From positions 3,906,001 through 3,970,000 of the forward strand of contig CM022671.1 in NCBI GenBank assembly GCA_012295275.1: a stretch of 64,000 nucleotides of DNA. Direction: 5' to 3'. The translations under genes and the position numbers were made by a program. The notes beneath the pieces are model-generated. The model was given only the letters and a program-made list of their open reading frames with translations, was not told the DNA's origin and did not search any database. Below are positions 59,834 to 64,000 of this stretch, one piece after another (positions within the stretch are counted from its first letter, which is position 1; each line of letters begins with the position of its first letter). Source of the DNA: Chrysomallon squamiferum. Lineage: Eukaryota; Animalia; Mollusca.

Positions 59834-60733
59834 TTAATATTAATAAATGAACTTGATAAAAATGCACGCATACATTCACACACAGAGATACATATAAACT
59901 AAATTAAAATTTAAAAAGTGATATGAAGTACTGAAAATGAGTTAAAAAATAAAAGTATTAAAAACTATAATATATATATATATAATAACTTATATTTTAA
60001 CATTAACATATTTTAAATTAAATATAGAATTAAATAAATTCAAATATAAAATTCAGAATTAAATAAATTCTAAAATAAAATTATTTATTCTAACACACAC
60101 ACACACAATTTTGAAAGTTTTACAAACAAATAAATAAATAAATAAAACAAACAGACCCCTGGGAACTTTGAACGCAACAAAACCACACACACAAAAACTG
60201 GGAAAAATAAAATAAAAATAAAAAAAAATAAAAATAAAATATAAATCACAGTTTTAATGCGTCGATAGCGTGACACAGAAATCGCGGGACATTTTAACAA
60301 CCCTACTCAATAACGGCCGTGGATCAGCTGAAATTATTTCCCCCAAAACCTCAGCCCCCCCCCACCAACCCCCTTTTGCATTCCAATGATATATGGGACA
60401 GGCCAGCCCTACCCCCGGCTGAAATACATCCTTAAAACAGCGGCGAAATTAGGTTGTCACTTCAGAATTAGTCTCTCCCAGCTGTCCGCAAAGACGGCGA
60501 CAATATGTCCGAGCCACGGTTCCGGCTCGCTAACCGTACGCTAGCTTTTATTTTTCCAATTTACCGTCTTCGCAGACAGTTGTTTATTTCCCTCCCCCCT
60601 CCTCCTCCATAGCGGCGCGAACCCCCCTCACCTGTCTCTCTCTCCCATTTCCCTCGACCATATGGCAGACTCCGATCGTAATGAATTTAGTCGGTGCAAA
60701 ATTGAGTTTGTATTTTGCGACGATTCCAGTTCT

Positions 60734-60768
<35 letters not shown>

Positions 60769-60921
60769 CTTTCTTTTCTGTGTTAAAAGTTTATTTAACA
60801 AAACATTTTTTTTTTATCATAGGCGGATCTATAAATTTCAGAATGTGAGGGGAAGTGGGTGGGGGTGGGCGGTAGTTTTTATAATTAATACCTGTACGTA
60901 ATGAATAACTTTTTAAATTAG

Positions 60922-60955
<34 letters not shown>

Positions 60956-60976
60956 TTAGTAGTAGTAGTAGTAGTA

Positions 60977-61012
<36 letters not shown>

Positions 61013-61614
61013 CTGATTAATTAATTTTTAATTTTGTAAGTTTTTAAATTTAATTTTTTTTTTTTAAAACATACTAACATGAGGGTACCGACGCATTGGA
61101 TGGACTCTCCACCACATCACTCCCACCCTAAACCCCTCACCCCTCACCCCTCACCCCCACCCCTCCCTGGAACCGCGCCAGTTATGATGAACAGTAAAAA
61201 TCTTTTTATCTCCCAAGTTTCCGGCCAATAATTATGATTGGAGGGTTCTGTATACACCGTTGTTGTATGGAAGTTGGCTTTATTTAACTTGCCCACGGCT
61301 GTTTGATTTTTTTTTTTTTTCCCTACCATGCTTGGATTCTTCTCCCTATGTCTGCCGTTCAGCCGACCAGTCAACGTTTTCCTGTATTTATTATAGCGCG
61401 ATATGTTCGCGGCACAGTTTACAGACCGAGTAGAAAGTATTTGTACACATCAGTAAACTGGATCTCTCTCTCTCTTTTGATCTTCGCGGGGTTTTTTAAT
61501 GGCTGGAGCAAACTAACAGTCTCCCCTGAAAGACGAAATCTTCGAGGCGTATTGTATTGATGAGCTGCTTGTTGTTTTAGAAGTTATATGGTTATTGCAG
61601 TCTGATATAATACA

Positions 61615-62030
61615 ACGTAATGCAGTGTAATGTGATATACTGTACTATGCTGGTATACACTGTGATGTATTATACTATGCTACACTGTGCTATGCTATAT
61701 TAATTACTATATTATACTGTACTGTACCATATCATACTATGCTATATAATACTATATTGTAAAATACTATACTAAACTAAACTTTACTGTATTATACTGT
61801 ACTATACTATACTATACTGTACTGTACTGTACTGCACTGAACTGAACTGAACTGTACTGTATTGTACTATACCATACTGTACAATACCATACTATGCTAT
61901 ATAATACTATACTATACAATACAATACCTTAGTAGACTATATTATACTATACTATACTATAATATACTATAATATAATAATTACAATATAACACAGTATA
62001 ATGTGATATAATACTATATAGTGTAATATA
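61615..62030. repeat. Degenerate pentanucleotide satellite (TACTA/TACTG)n
   Basis: 5-bp periodicity over ~400 bp. Confidence 0.85.
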
Positions 62031-62414
62031 ATGATTCGATTTATAACTAATTCTTTTTCAAATTTAAAACCTATTATAACTATCATCGTTAATATCAGTA
62101 TCATCATTTACTTTCCATAGTTTATAGTGGATAAAGAAGTAAAGATATTTTATCTTGGCAAGAGATTTTTCAAGGCTCGATTTTTATTTATTTGTGTCTG
62201 TACTAAACGTAGACTTTCTCAAATTGGCTCTGGTGCCTGGCTTGGCAAACTGGGGTTTAGAGGATCGAGTTCGAGCGACACACTCAAGTGTTCCACCTGT
62301 CACTCAACCGATATCTGGACGACTCCGATAATACCGAACTCGACGCTAAACCTTAAGTATCACGTGACGATGGCCCGTCTCGAGTTCCGGTTTGGTGTCA
62401 GCATTCACAAGCTT

Positions 62415-62716
62415 TCTCTGGCGATATACTTTTGACACTTAAAATATTATTATTATTAAGAGAGGGGGGGGAAAGAGCGAGAGAGAGAGACTAGTAGTAG
62501 TGGGGGGAATTAAAAAAAAAAAAAAAAAAAAGGCTATTAAATCGCGCGTTGATACCAGAGACTTTGCGATTCATTAACACATACGCTGGCGATAAAATAC
62601 TTTTGACTCTTAAATTATTATTATTAAATATTATTAACAGAGAGTTAGAGAGAGAGGAGTGGTGGTAGGGGATAAGATTTAAATATTTAAAAAAAAAATA
62701 AAGCTATTACATCGTG
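62415..62716. repeat. Diverged tandem duplication, period ~170 bp
   Basis: ctggcgata..atacttttgac.cttaaa.tattattatta...gagagaga...gt(a/g)gt...gggg...poly-A...gctatta.atcg.g is present twice. Confidence 0.7.
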
Positions 62717-63360
62717 TTCTTATCAGACTCATGCATCTTTCGATACACAACAAAATACACGAACGTAATCTTGCAGTCTTATCTGCTGATAAGAACTCGT
62801 AGGTTTCGCCTTGTCCGTTCTTCTCTTGTCTCTTCGTGGCTTAATTAACTCGCGTCGACCTCCTGCTACTTGTAATCTACTTGGCACAAGTGGGTTCTGA
62901 GAGTTCTGTGTGCGGACGCGTCGAGTTGAAGAACTCGAGCACCGCCGACTTTTACTTCATCATCACGGTCGTTTATCACAGCCCTTCTTTCACGCACACC
63001 ATCGTCAACAGTTTACCCGAAGATAGCGCAGAAGCCCGCCTTATCTGAAGCTGTCGCTGGCAGCGTAGTTGTTGTTAGACTCTTCTTGACAGTGTGATGA
63101 CGTCGCCGAAGAGCTTCTGGGACGTGACCCCGCGAACCGTTTTGCTGTCGGTCTGCGTAAATATTTAAAAATATTGTGATTACGTTCGCTTATCGGTTGC
63201 ACGGGTTGACGGTTAGATAACGGTGCCGTTTTTCTTTTTGCTACCCATGACGCGAAGTCCGCCGGTGTTGAGGCAAAATAACATTTCACTGCCATCGTTC
63301 GTTATCCAAATAAGCCTCCGAATGTGTTTGTACCATCTGCGTGTTTTATCACTGCATTAA
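62710..63360. promoter_or_regulatory. Candidate intronic enhancer, GATA-rich
   Basis: About ten GATA cores including the inverted pair TCTTATCTGCTGATAAGA (62777-62794) and TGACGTC (~63098), in a CpG-rich island. Confidence 0.45.
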
Positions 63361-63780
63361 CACTTTAATGTACGTCCAAACGTAAATTTCTAGGTTTTGT
63401 GTACATCGGTGAAATATGGTTCGTCTGAGGTGCTTTCTTTTGTGAAGGGAAATTTATCTTTTGCAAACGCGTAATGTGTTGTTTATGTAAGGATCAAAAT
63501 TTATGTATTTTTAAAGTGGCTAAAGTTTAAAATGTAGAATAATAAAATATAAAAAGTAAAAAAAAAAAATAATATAGATAAGATCAAATTATTATTATTA
63601 TTATTTCTAATATAATTGTAAATTTATATTTTTAAACGTGAAATATGAATTCTACAAATTTAAGCAAGATATAACGTTAGCACTTGTATTTTCAGGGTTT
63701 CATACGTCAAGAGTTCTAATGCATTTATATTCTAATTTATTATTTAAAAGTCACCTTTTTGAGGTTTTGTGATACTGAAT

Positions 63781-63819
63781 TTATCTGTCTATCGATCTAT
63801 CTATATATCTATCTATCTG

Positions 63820-63876
<57 letters not shown>

Positions 63877-63934
63877 ATATCTGTCTATCTATCTATCTAT
63901 CTATCTATATATCTGTCTATCTATCTATCTATCT
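63781..63934. repeat. (ATCT)n / (GATA)n tetranucleotide microsatellite
   Basis: Imperfect tetranucleotide run. Confidence 0.9.
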
Positions 63935-64000
63935 AACTGGGGTTTTATGCAGGTACATATAGACGTATTTCAGTCAAATGCCTTTTTCTTTTGTATATTT

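Noticed and set aside
63781-63934. (GATA)n tract as a GATA-factor binding array
   Set aside because: A common tetranucleotide microsatellite in animals; nothing in the sequence links it specifically to this gene.

Overview
Eukaryotic (animal) genomic DNA, very AT-rich and saturated with microsatellites; overall style suggests an invertebrate, plausibly a mollusc (inference only). There are no operons, rRNA, intact tRNA or CRISPR arrays. The only protein-coding gene I can support is the 5' half of a + strand GATA1/2/3-class transcription factor. Its first coding exon is 40003-40204 (MESSDASWLR...HSYRQH) and its second is 52560-53027 (...RPHFHTPLHPW...FSFPPTPPKD...HPVPTYP...RTKSRSST); they are joined in frame by a 12.4 kb phase-1 intron. 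The zinc-finger exons are not seen and should lie beyond 64000. A CCAAT/TALE-motif promoter lies at about 38.2-39.1 kb, followed by a non-coding exon and a short intron. The ~38 kb upstream and the introns contain about 30 short CpG-containing complex islands separated by microsatellite tracts, many with clustered GATA, E-box, ETS and YY1-like motifs. This looks like the cis-regulatory landscape of a developmental regulator. Almost all ORF-track entries are translations of simple repeats. The most interesting leads are regulatory and RNA-processing hypotheses, none demonstrated from sequence alone: a recurring overlapped GATA/E-box 10-mer, a candidate distal first exon, an AG|GT recursive-type acceptor that could give a GATA1s-like short isoform, and complementary GA/CT tracts flanking a symmetric exon.
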